DNA of 64,000 nt from the human T2T-CHM13v2.0 reference genome, Homo sapiens: positions 8,448,001 through 8,512,000 of the forward strand of contig CP068257.2 in NCBI GenBank assembly GCA_009914755.4. The letters run 5' to 3'. The first letter of the stretch is position 1, and each line of letters begins with the position of its first letter. Both the position numbers and the translations under genes were made by a program. This document shows positions 1 to 11,400 of the stretch, in pieces. The notes beneath the pieces are model-generated. The model was not told the origin of the DNA and ran no database searches. It was given only the letters and a program-made list of their open reading frames with translations.

Positions 1-397
1 TTCATCCATGTCCCTACAAAGGACATGAACTCATTACTTTTTATGGCTGCATAGTATTCCATGGTGTATATGTGCCACATTTTCTTAATCCAGTCTATCA
101 TTGTTGGACGTTTGGGTTGGTTCCAAGTCTTTGCTATGGTGAATAACGCCACAATAAACATACGTGTGCATGTGTCTTTATAGCAGCATGATTTATATTC
201 CTTTGGGTATACACCCAGTAATGGGATGACTGGGTCAAATGGTATTTCTAGTTTTAGATCACTGAGGAATCGCCACACTGACTTCCATAATGGTTGAACT
301 AGTTTACAGTCCCACCAACAGTGTAAAAGTGTTCCTATTTCTCCACATCCTCTCCAGCACCTCTTGTTTCCTGACTTTTTAATGATTGCCATTCTTT
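1..397 (-). mobile_element. LINE-1 (primate L1PA-type) 3' fragment in reverse orientation. It covers the ORF2 C-terminal region. The element continues past the left edge of the window, and the 5'-truncation point is at ~397.
   Basis: 1-35 TTCATCCATGTCCCTACAAAGGACATGAACTCATT is the reverse complement of L1 ORF2 ...AATGAGTTCATGTCCTTTGTAGGGACATGGATGAA ([12 protein letters not shown]). ~385-397 TGATTGCCATTC is the reverse complement of GAATGGCAATCA (RMAIIK). The sequence then switches abruptly to alpha-satellite TTTTGTAGAATCTGCAAGTGGATA. Confidence 0.85.
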
Positions 398-3300
398 TGT
401 AGAATCTGCAAGTGGATAATTTGAACACTTTGAGGCCTAGGATGGAAAAGGAAATATCTTCTCATAAAAACTACACAGAAGCATTCTGAGAAACTCCTTT
501 GTGATGTGTGCATTCAACTGACAGACTTGAACCTATCTTCTGACAGAGCGGTTTTGAAACTCTTTTTGTAGAATCTGCAATTGGATATATGGAGCCCTTT
601 GTGGCTTATGGTGGAAAAGGAAATATCTTCACATAAGAACTACACAGAAGCTTTCTGAGAAACTTCTTTTTGATGTGTGGATTCAACTCACGAAGTTGAA
701 CCTCTCTTTTGATTGAGCAGTTTAGAAACACTCTTCTTAAAGAATCTGCAAGTGGATATATGAATGTTTTGAGGCCTATTGTTCAAAAGGAAATATCTTC
801 ACATAAAGCTACACAAAAGCATTCTGAGAAACTTCTTTCGGATGTGTGCATTCGTCTCACATATTTGAAACTTTCAATTGATTGAGCAGCGTTGAAACAC
901 TCTTTTTGTATAATCTGCAAGTGGATATTTGGAGCACTTTGAGTCCTATGTTGGAAAAGGAAATATCTTCACATAAAAACTACACTGAAGCTTTCTGAGA
1001 AAATTTTTGTGAAGTATGCATTCAACTCACAGAGTTGAACGTATCTTTTCATAGAGCAGTCTTGAATCTCTCTTTACACATTATCTGCAAATAGATATTT
1101 GGAGCGCTTTCAGGCCCATAGCTGAAAAGGAAATATCTTCTCATAAAAACTACACATAAGCATTCTGAGAAACATTTTTGTGATGTGTACATTCATCTCA
1201 CGGAGTTGAAACTTTCTTTTGATAGAGTAGTTTTGAAACACTCTTTTTGTAGAATCTGCAGGTGGATATTTGCATCGCACTGAGGCCTATCGTGGAAAAG
1301 GAAATATCTTCCCAAAAAACTACACAGAAGCATTCTCAGAAACTTCTTTGCGATGTGTGCCTTCATCTCACAGGGTTGAAACTTTCTTTTGATTGAGCAG
1401 TTTTGAAACACTCTTTTCATAGAATCTGCAAGTGGATACTTGGAGCATTTTGAGGTCTATGGTGGAAAAGGAAATATCTTCAATTAAAAACCACACAGAA
1501 GCATTCTGAGAAATCAATTTGTGATGTATGCATTCAACTCGCAGAGATTAACCTATCTTTTGATAGAGCAGTCTTGAAACTCTCTTTTTGTAGAATCTGC
1601 AAGTGGTTATTTTGAGCCCTTTTTGGCCAATGGTGAAAAAGGAAATATCTTCACATAAAAACTACACAGAAGCATTCTGAGAAACTACTTTGTGATGTGT
1701 GCATTCATCTCACAGAGTTGAACCTATCTTTTGATAGAGTAGTTTTGAAACACTCTTTTTGTAGAATCTGCAAGTGGATATTTGGAGCCCTTTGTGGCCT
1801 ATAGTGGAAAAGAATATATCTTAACATGAAAACTACAGAGAAGGATTCTGAGAAACTTCTTTGTGATGTGTGCATTCAACTCACAGAGATGAATCTTTCC
1901 TTTGATTGAGCAGTTTTGAAACACTTTTTTTGTAGAATCTGCAAGTGGATATTTTGATTGCTTTGAGGCTTATTGTGGAAAAGGCTATGTCCTTAAGTAA
2001 AAACTACACAGAAGCATTCCCAGAAACTTCTTTGTTTTGTGTGCATTCATCTAACAAAGTTGAACCTTTCTTTTGATTGATCAGTTTTGAAACACTCTTT
2101 CTGTAGAATCTGCAAGTGGATATTTGGAACACTTTGAGGACTATGATGGAAAAGTTAATATCTACACATAAAAAATACACAGAAGCATTATAAGAAAGTT
2201 CTTTGTGATGTGTGCATTCAACATTCAGAATTGAACCTATCTTTTGATTGAGCAGTCTTGAAACTCTCTTTTTGTACAATTTGCAAGTGGATATTTGGAT
2301 TCCTTTGCGGCCTATGGTGGAAAAGGAAATATCTTAACATAAAAACTAGACAGAAGCATTCGGAGAAACTTCTTTGTGATGTTTGCATTCAACTCACAGA
2401 GTTGAACCTGTCTTTTGATAGAGCAGTTTTGAAACTTTCTTTTTGTGGAAACTGCAAGTCGATATTTGGGGCACTTTGCGGCCTATTGTGGAAAAGGAAA
2501 TGTCTTCACATAAAAACTACACAGAAGCATTCTGAGAAACCTCTTTGTGATGTGTGCATTCAACTCACAGAGTTGAACATATCTTTTAATAGAGCAGCTT
2601 TGAAACTCTCTTTTTGTAGAATCTGCAAGTGGATATTTGGATTCCTTTGCAGCCTATGGTGGAAAAGGAAATATCTTAACATAAAAACTACACAGAAAGA
2701 TTCTGAGAAACTTCTTCGTGATGTTTGCATTCAACTCACAGAGTTGAACCTGTCTTTTGATAGAGCAGTTTTGAAACTTTCTTTTTGTGGAAACTGCAAG
2801 TCGATATTTGGAGCACTTTGTGGCCTATTGTGGAAAAGGAAATATCTTAACATAAAAACTACACAGAAGAATTCTGAGAAACTTCTTTGCGATGTGTGCC
2901 TTCATTTCACAGAGATGAACCGTTCATTTGATTGAGCAGTTTTGAAACTCTCTTTTTGTAGAATCTGCAAGTGGATATTTGGAGCCCTTTGCAGCCTATG
3001 GTGGAAACGGAAATATCTTCACATAAAAACTACACAGAAGCATTCTGAGACACTTCTTTGTGATGTGTGCATTCATCTCACAGAGTTGAACCTATCTTTT
3101 GATAGAGCAGTTTTGAAACTCTCTTTTTGTAGAATGTGCAAGTGGGTATTTGGAGCCCTTTGCAGCCTTTTGGGCAAAAGGAAATGTCTTCCAATTAAAA
3201 CTACACAGAAGCATTCTGAGAAACTTCTTTGTCATGTGAACATTCAACTCAAAATATTGAACCTATGTTTTGAGACAGCAGTTTTGAAACACTCTTTGTA

Positions 3301-3892
3301 AGACATCTGCAAGTGGATATTTGAAGTGCTTTGAGGCCTATTGTGGAAAAGGAAATATTTTCACATAAAAACTATAGAGAAGCACTCTGAGAAACTTCTT
3401 TGTGATGTTTGCATTCATATCACATAGTTGAACCTCTCTTTTGATTGAGCAGTTTTGAAACAGTCTTTTTGTAGAACCTGCGGGTGGATATTTGGAGTGC
3501 TTTGAGGACTATTATGGAAAAGGAATTATCTCCACAAAAAAATTACACAGAATCATTGTGAGAAATTTCTTGTGATATGTGCATTCATCTCACAGAATTG
3601 AACCTTTCATTTGATTGCACAGTTTTGACACACTCTTTTTGTAGAAGCTGCAAGTGGATATTTGAAGCGCTTTGAGGCCTATGTTGGAAAATGAACTATC
3701 TTCACATAAAAATTTCACAGAAGAATTCTGAGAAACTTCTTTTTGATGTGTGCATTCAACTGTGAAATTGAACCTATCTTTTGATAGAGCAGTTTTGAAA
3801 CTCTCTTTTTGTAGCATCTGCATGTGTATATTTGGAGCCATTTGCAGCCTAAGGTGGAAAAGGTAATATCTTCACATATAAACTACATAGAA
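398..3892 (+). repeat. Alpha satellite, ~171-bp monomers, consensus (+) orientation. Divergent 'M-type' monomers (ad hoc label).
   Basis: Monomers match the alphoid consensus ...AATCTGCAAGTGGATATTTGGAGC.CTTTGAGGCCTATGGTGGAAAAGGAAATATCTTCACATAAAAACTACACAGAAGCATTCTGAGAAACTTCTTTGTGATGTGTGCATTCAACTCACAGAGTTGAACC... The track ORFs here repeat every 57 aa (171 bp). Monomers differ by ~10-25%. Confidence 0.95.
2270..2954 (+). repeat. Two tandem, highly similar copies of a 342-bp alpha-satellite dimer (a local duplication).
   Basis: 2281-2622 and 2623-2964 are nearly identical. Monomer a reads ...GGATATTTGGATTCCTTTGCGGCCTATGGTGG... and monomer b reads ...GGAAACTGCAAGTCGATATTTGG.GCACTTTG.GGCCTATTGTGG..., then a' and b' follow. 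The track ORF 2258..2935 shows alternating CKWIFGFLCGLWW / CKSIFGALCGLLW 57-aa blocks. Confidence 0.75.
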
Positions 3893-5275
3893 GCATGGTA
3901 CTGATACCAAAACAGAGGTATAGATCAATGGAACAGAATAGGGCCCTCAGAAATAATGCCACATATCTATAACTATCTGCTCTTTGACAAACCTGAGAAA
4001 AACAAGAAATAGGGACAGGATTCCCTATTCAACTAATGGTGCTGGGAAAACTGGCTAGCCATATGTAGAAAGCTGAAACTGGACCTCTTCCTTACACCTT
4101 ATACAAAAATTAATTCAAGATGGATTAAAGATATAAACATTAGACATAAAACCATAAAAACCATAGAAGAAAACGTAGGCATTACAATTCTGGACATATG
4201 CATGGCCAAAGACTTCATGTCTAAAACATCAAAAGCAATGGCAACAAAAGCCAAAATTGACAAATGGGATCTAATTAAATCTGCACAGCAAAATAAACTA
4301 CCAGCAGAGTGAACCGGCAACCTACAAAATGGAGAAAATTTTGGCAACTTACTCATCTGACAAAGGGATAATATCCAGAATCTACAATGAACTCAAACAA
4401 ATTTAGAAGAAAAAATGAACAACCCTATCAAAAAGTGGGCAAAGGACATGAACAGGCACTTCTCAAAAGAAGACATTCATGCAGCCAAAAAACACATGAA
4501 AAAAATGCTCACCATCACTGGCTATCAGAGAAATGCAAATCAAAACCATAATGAGATACCATCTCACACCAGTTAGAATGGCAATCATTAAAATGTCAGG
4601 AAACAACAGGTGCTGGAGAGGATGTGGAGAAATAGGAACACTTTTATACTGTTGGTGGGAATGTAAACTAGTTCAACCATTGTGGAAGTCAATGTGGCGA
4701 TTCCTCAGGGATCTAGAACAAGAAATACCATTTGACTCAGCCATCCCATTACTGGACATATACCCAAAAGACTATAAATCATCCTGCTATAAAGACACAT
4801 GCACACGTATGTTCATTGCGGCACTATGCACAATAGGAAAGACTTGGAACCAACCCAAATGTCCAACAATGATAGACTGGATTAAGAAAATGTGGCACGT
4901 ATACACCATGGAATACTATGCGGCCATAAAAAATGATGAGTTCATGTCCTTTGTAGGAACATGGATGAAATTGGAAATCATCATCCTCAGTAAACTATCG
5001 CAAGAATAAAAAACCAAACACCGCATATTCTCACTTATAGGAGGGAATTGAACAATGAGAACACATGGACACGGGAAGAGGAACATCACACTCTGGGGAC
5101 TGTTGTGGGGTGGGGGGAGAGGTGAGCGATAGCTTCAGGAGATAAACCTAATGCTAAGTGACGAGTTAATGGATGCAGCACACCAATATGGCACATGTAT
5201 ACATATGTAACTAACCTGCAGTTTGGGGAAATGTACCCTAAAATTTAAAGTATAGTAATAATAAAATAAAAAAAA
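3893..5275 (+). mobile_element. LINE-1, 5'-truncated 1.38-kb 3' fragment (ORF2 C-terminus plus 3'UTR plus poly-A), flanked by a 16-17-bp target-site duplication.
   Basis: From ~3893, GCATGGTACTGATACCAAAACAGAGGTATAGATCAATGGAACAGAATAG matches L1 ORF2 (CAGCATGGTACTGGTACCAAAACAGAGATATAGATCAATGGAACAG). It ends ...AAAGTATAGTAATAATAAAATAAAAAAAA at 5275. TSD: AAACTACATAGAAGCAT (3880-3896) versus AAACTACACAGAAGCAT (5273-5289). Confidence 0.9.
4533..5009 (+). pseudogene. L1 ORF2 C-terminal remnant, 158 aa. It lacks the endonuclease and RT domains.
   Basis: The translation [53 protein letters not shown]...[25 protein letters not shown] matches the L1 ORF2 C-terminus (cysteine-rich region). Confidence 0.85.
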
Positions 5276-8200
5276 CTACACAGAAGCATTCTGAGAAATT
5301 TCTTTGTGATGTGGGCATTCATCTCACAGAGTTGAAACTTTCATTTGAATGAGCAGTTTTGAAACAATCTTTTTGTACAATCTGCAAGTGGATATTAGGA
5401 GAGCTTTGAGGCCTATGGTGGAAAAGGAAACATCTTCACATAAAAACTACACAGAAGCATTCTGAGAAACTTCTTTGTGATGCATGCATTCAACTCTTAC
5501 AGTTGAAGCTATCTTTTGATAGAGCAGTTTTGAAACTCACTTTTGTAGAATCTGCATGTGGATAGTTGCAGCGCTTTGAGGACTATGTTGGAAAAGGAAA
5601 TATCTTCACCTAACAACTGCACAGAAGCATTCTGAGAATCTCTGTTGTGATGTGTGCATTCATCTCACAGAGTTGAAACTTTGTTTTCATTGAGCAGTTC
5701 GGAAACACTCTTTTTGCAGAATCTGCAAGTGGATATTTGGAGTGCTTTGAGGCCTATTATGGAAAAGGAAATGTCTTCACATAAATCTACATAGAAGCAT
5801 TCTGAGAAACTTCTGTCTGATGTGTGCATTCATCTCACAGAGTTGAAGCTTTCTTTGGATTTAGCAGTTTTGAAACACTCTCTTTGTAGAATCTGCAGGT
5901 GGATATTTGGAGCTCTTTGAGGCCTATGGTGGAAAAGGAAATATCTTCACACAAAAACTTCACAGAAGCATTCTGAGAAACTTCTTTGTGATGTGTGCAT
6001 TCATCTCACAAGTTAAACTTTTCTTTTGATTGAGCAATTTGGAAACCCTCTTTTTGTTGAATCTGCAAGTGGATATTTGGAGCACTTTGAAGCCTATGGT
6101 GGAAAAGGAACATCTTCATATAAAAACTCTACAGAAGCATTCTGAGAAACTTCTTTGTGGTGTGTGCATTCAACTCACAGAGTTGAACTTACCTTTTGAT
6201 AGAGCAGTTTTGAAACTCTGTGTCGAATCTGCAAGTGGATATTGGGAGCCCTTTGCGTCCTATGGTGGAAAAGGAAATATCTTCACATAAAAACTACACA
6301 GAAGCATTCTGAGAAACTCATTTGTGATGTGTGCATTCATCTCACAGCTGTGAAACTTTCATTCGATTGAGCAGCTTTGAAACCCTCTTTTTGTAGAATC
6401 TGAAAGAGGATATTTGGAGTGCTTTGAGGCCTATTTTGGAAAAGGAAATATCTTCACATAAAAACTTCACAGAAGCATTCTGAGAAACTGCTTTGTGATG
6501 TGCGCATTCCTCTCACAGAGGTGAACCTTCCTTTTTATTCAGCAATTTGGAAACACACTTTTTGTAGAACATTCAATTGGATATTTGGAGTGTTTTGTGG
6601 CCTATTATGGAAAATTAAATATCTTCACATAAAAACTACATAGAAGCATTCAGAGGCATTTCTTTGTGAAGTGTGCATTCAAGTCACAGAGTTGATCCCA
6701 TCTTTTGAATGAGCAGATTTGAAACTCTGTTTCTGTAGAATCTGCAGGTGGATATTTGTTGACCTTTGTGGCCTAAGGTGGAAGAGGAAACATATCCACA
6801 TAAAAACTACACAGAAGCATTCTGACAAACTTCTCTGTTATGTGTTCATTCAACTCACAGTGTTGAACGAATTTTTTGATTGAGCAGTTTTCAATCTCTC
6901 CGTTTGTAGAATGTGGAAGTGGATATTTGGAGCTCTTTGCACCCTGTGTTGAAAAAGGTAATATCTTCAAATAAAAACTACACATAAGCATTCTGAAAAA
7001 CTTCTTTGTGTTAAGTGCATTCATCACACAGAGTTGAAAGTTTCTTTTGATTGAGCAGTTTTGAAACACTCTTTTCGTAGAATCTGGAAGTGGATATTTG
7101 GAGGGCTTTGAGGCCTATTTTGGAAAAGGAAATATCTTAACATAAAAACTGCACAGAATTATTCGGAGAAACTCCTTTGTTATGTATGCATTCAACACAC
7201 AGAGTTGAGCCTATCTTTTGATTGAGCAGTTTTGAATCTCTCTTTTTGCAGAATCTGCAAGTGGATATTTGTATCGCTTTGAGGCCTACTGTGGAAAAGC
7301 AAATATTTTCAAATAAAAATTACACAGAAGCATTATGAGAAACTTTGTTGTGAGGTGTGCATTCAACTCACAGAGTTAAACTCATCTTTTGATTGAGCAG
7401 TTTTGAATCTCTCTTTTTGCAGAATCTGCAAGTGGATATTTGGAGTGCTTTGTGGCCTATTGTGGAAAAGGAAATATCTTCACATAAAAACTACACAGAG
7501 GCATTCTGAGAAACTTCTTTGTGATGTGTGCATTCAACTGACAGAGTTGAACCTATCTTTTGATTGAGCAGTTTTGAATCTCTCTTTTTGTAGAATCTCT
7601 AATTGGATATTTGGAGCAATTTGAGGCCTATTGTGGAAAAGGAAATATCTTCACATAAAAACTACACAGAGGCATTCTGAGAAACTTCTTTGTGATGTGT
7701 GCATTCAACTGACAGATGTGAAACTATCTTTTGATTGAGCAGTTTTAAATCTCTCCTTTTGTAGCAACTGCAGGTGGAATTTTGGAGCCCTTTGCAGCCT
7801 ACGTTGGAAAAGGAAATATCTTCAAATAAAAACTACACAGAATCATTCTGGGAAACATCTTTGTGATGAGTGCATTCATCACAAAGGGTTGAATCTTTCT
7901 ATTGACTGAGTAATTTGGAAACACTTTTTTTGTAGAACCTGGAAGTGAAAATTTGACGGGCTTTGTGGTCTATTTTGGAAAAGAAAATATCTTCAGATAA
8001 AAACTACACAGAAGCTTTCTGGGAAACTTCGTTGTTATGCGTGCATTCAAGTCACAGATTTTAACCATTATTTTGATAGAGCAGTTTTGAAACTCTCTTT
8101 TTGTAGAATCTGCAAGTGGATATTTGGAGGTCTTTGTGGCCTATGTTAGAAAACGAAATACCCTCACATAAAATCTATACAGAAGCTATATGAGAAATTT

Positions 8201-8450
8201 GTTTGTGATGCATGCTTTCTTCTCACAAAGTTGAACCTTTCTTTTGATTGAGCACTTTCAAAACACTCTTTTTGTAGAATCTGCAAGTGGATATTTGGAG
8301 CGCTTTGTGGCCTATGGTAGAAAAGGAAATATCTTCACATAATTTGTAGACAGAAGCAAACTGAGAAACTTCTTTGTGATGTGTGTATTCATCTCACAGA
8401 GTTAAAACTTTCTTTTGATTGAGCAGTTTTGAAACTCTCTCTTTGTGACA
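5276..8450 (+). repeat. Alpha satellite, (+) orientation. M-type up to ~8160, then ~290 bp of dimeric D-type monomers (CTAGACAGAAGCAATCTGAG class).
   Basis: Alphoid monomers continue straight after the L1 poly-A. From ~8150, ...GAAAACGAAATACCCTCACATAAAATCTATACAGAAGCTATATGAG... and ...CACATAATTTGTAGACAGAAGCAAACTGAGAAAC... appear. Confidence 0.9.
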
Positions 8451-8456
8451 GTCCAC
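8445..8456. other. Alpha-satellite orientation switch (head-to-head inversion junction).
   Basis: ...GAGCAGTTTTGAAACTCTCTCTTTGTGACA|GTCCACCTGCAGACTCCACAAAAAGATTGTTTCCAAAC... Left of the bar is (+) alphoid. Right of it is the reverse complement (ATCCACTTGCAGATTCTACAAAAAGAGTGTTTC). The junction lies in the near-palindromic GTAGAATCTGCAAGTGGAT segment of the monomer. Confidence 0.85.
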
Positions 8457-11400
8457 CTGCAGACTCCACAAAAAGATTGTTTCCAAACTTCTCATTCAAA
8501 AGAATGCTCAACTCTGTGAGATGAACACACACATCACAAAGAAGTTTCTCAGAATTCTTCTGTCTAGTTTTTAGGTGAAGATGTTTCCTTTTCCACTATA
8601 GGCCTCAAAGCGCTCCAAATGTCCACTTGCAGATTATACAAAAAGAGAGTTAAAAAACTGATTAAACAAATGAGAGGTTTAACTCTGTGAGATGAATTCA
8701 CACATCACAAAGAAGTTTCTCAGATTGCTTCTCTCTACATTCTATGTGAAGATATTTCCTTTTCTAAGATAGGCAGCAAAGCGTTCCAAATGCCCACATG
8801 CAGATTCTACAAAAAGAGTGTTTCCAAACTGCTGAATCAAAAGAAAGGATCAACTCGGTGAGATGAACGCACGCATCAAAGCGAAGTTTCTCAGAATTCT
8901 TCTGTCCAGTTTTTATGTGAATATAGTTCCTTTTCCACCATAAGCTTCAAAGCACTCCAAATGTGCACTTGCAGATTCTACAAAAAAAAAAGTTTCCAAA
9001 CTGCTCAATCAAAAGAAAGGTTTAACTCTGTGAGACGAATGCACACATTACAAAGTAGTTTCTCAGATTGCTTCGGTCTAGATTTTTTGTGAAGATATTT
9101 TCTCTTATAACATAGGCCGCAAAGCACACAAAATGTCCATTTGCAGATTCTACAAAAAGAGTATTTCCAAACTGCTCAATCAAAAGGAAGTTTCAACTCT
9201 GTGAGATGAATGCACACATCACAAAGAAGTTTCTCAGAATTCTTCTGTCTAGTTTTTATGTGAAGATATTTCCTTTCCCACTATAGGCCTCAAAGCGCTC
9301 AAAATATGCAATTTCAGATTCTACAAAAAGAGAGTTTCAAAATTCCTCAATCAAAAGAAATATTTAACTCTGTGAGATGAATGCACACATCACAAATAAG
9401 TTTTTCAGAATTCTTCTGTCTAGTCTTTATGTGAAGATATTTCCTTTTCCACAATGGTCCTCAAAGCCCTCCAAATGTCCACTTGCAGATTCTATGAAAG
9501 GAGAGTTTCGAAACTCCTCAATCAAAAGAAGGTTTAACTCTTTGAGGTGAATGAACACTTCACTAAGAAGTTTCTCAGATTACTTCTGTCTAGATTTTAT
9601 GTGAAGATATTTCCTTTTCTAACGTAGGCCGGAAGGTGCTCCAAATGTCCACTTGCAGAATCTACAAAAAGAGTGTTTATAAACTGCTAAATCAAAAGAA
9701 AGATTCAACTGTGTGGGATGAACGCCAGCATCACAAAGAAGTTTCTCAGAAATCTTCTGTCTAGTTTTTATGTGAAGATATTTCCTTTTCCACCATAGGC
9801 CTAAAAACGATCACACACATCACAAAGAAGTTTCTCAGGATTCTTCTACCTAGTTTTTATTTGAAGATATTTCCTTTTCCACCATAGGTGTCCAAGCTCT
9901 CCAAATGTCCATTTGCAGATTCTACAAAAAGAGAGTTTCAAAACTCCCAATCAAAAGAAATGTTTAAATTTTTGAGGTAAATGCACACATCAGAAAGAAG
10001 TTTCTCAGAAATCTGTCTAGTTTTTATGTGAAGATATTTCCTTTTCCATCATAGGCCTCAAGGCACTCCAAACGTCTACTTGCTGATTCTTCAAAAAGAG
10101 AGTTTCAAAATTGCTCAATAAAAAGACAATTTTAACTCTGTGAGATGAATGCACACATCACAAAGTAGTTTCTCAGATTGCTTCTGTCTTGATTTAATGT
10201 GAAGATATTTCTTTTATTCAATAAACTGCAAAGCTCTCCACAAGTCCACTAGCAGCTTTGACAAAAAGACTGTTTCCATACTGCTCAAGAAAATAAAGGT
10301 TCAACTTTGTGGGATGAACACACACATCACAAAGAAGTTTCTCAGAATTCTTCTGCCTATTTTTTATGTGAAGATATTTCCTTTTTCACCATAGGCCTCC
10401 AAGTACTCCAAATGTCCACTTGCAGATTCTACAAAAAGAGAGTTTCAAAACTGCTCAATCAAAAGAAAGGTTTAACTCTCTGGGATGAATGCACACATCT
10501 CAAAAAAGTTTCTCAGATTGCTTCTGTCTAGATTTTATGTGAAGATTTTTCCTTTTATACCATAGGCTGCAAAGCTCTCCAAATGTCCAATTACAGATTC
10601 TACAAAAAGAGTGTTTCCTAACTGCTCAATCAAAGGAAAGGTTGAACTTTGTGAGATGAATGGACACATCACAAACAAGTTTCTCAGAATTCTTCTGCCT
10701 ATTTTTTATTTGATATTTCCTTTTCCACCATGGGCCTCAAAGCCCTCCAAATGTCCACTTACAGATTCTACAAAAACAGTGTCTCCATACTGCTCAATAA
10801 AAAGAAAGTTTCAACTCCGTGAGAGGAATGCACACATCACAAAGCCGTTCCTCAGAATTCTTCTGTCTTTTTTTTATGTGAAGATATTTCCTTTTCAACC
10901 ATACACCACAAAGTACTCCAAATGTCTGCTTGTGGCTTCTACAAAAAGAGAGTTTGCAAAATGCACAATAAAAAGAAAAGGTTTAATTATGTAAGTTGAG
11001 TGCACATATCTCAAAGAAGTTTCTCAGATTGCTTCTGTCTAGATTTTTTTGTGAAGATTTTCTTTTTTACTACCATAGGCTGCAAAGCGCTCCAAATGTC
11101 TAATAGCAGATTCTACAAAAAGAGTGTTTCCAAACTGCTCAGTTAAAGGAAAGGTTCTACTCTGCGAGATAATGCACACATCACCAAGAAGTTTCTCAGA
11201 ATTCTTCTGCCTAGTTTTTATGTTAAGATATTTCCTTTTCCACCATGGTCCTCAAAGCGCTCCAAATGTAAACTTGCAGACTCTACAAAAAGAGAGCTTT
11301 GAATCTCCTCAATCAAAGGAAAGTTTTAACTCTTTGAGGTTAATGCACACATCACAAAGGAGTTTCTCAGATTGCTTCTGTCTAGATTTTATGTGAGGAT

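Noticed and set aside
2980-3010. Possible CENP-B box (GGTGGAAACGGAAATATCTTC), and similar near-matches at ~8165 and ~49805.
   Set aside because: The TTCG and CGGG cores are both absent (CTATGGTGGAAACGGAAAT versus CTTCGTTGGAAACGGGAAT). CENP-B binding requires them, so I do not call a functional CENP-B box.
2258-3301. ORFs of 225 and 119 aa (and dozens of 60-130 aa ORFs across all the alphoid blocks) with repeating CKWIFGALCGLWWKRKYL... or ...[28 protein letters not shown]... peptides.
   Set aside because: They repeat every 57 aa, which is one 171-bp monomer. Frames are kept open only because the alphoid consensus happens to lack stops in those frames. There is no conservation of frame across monomers and no promoter or start context, so these are satellite artefacts.
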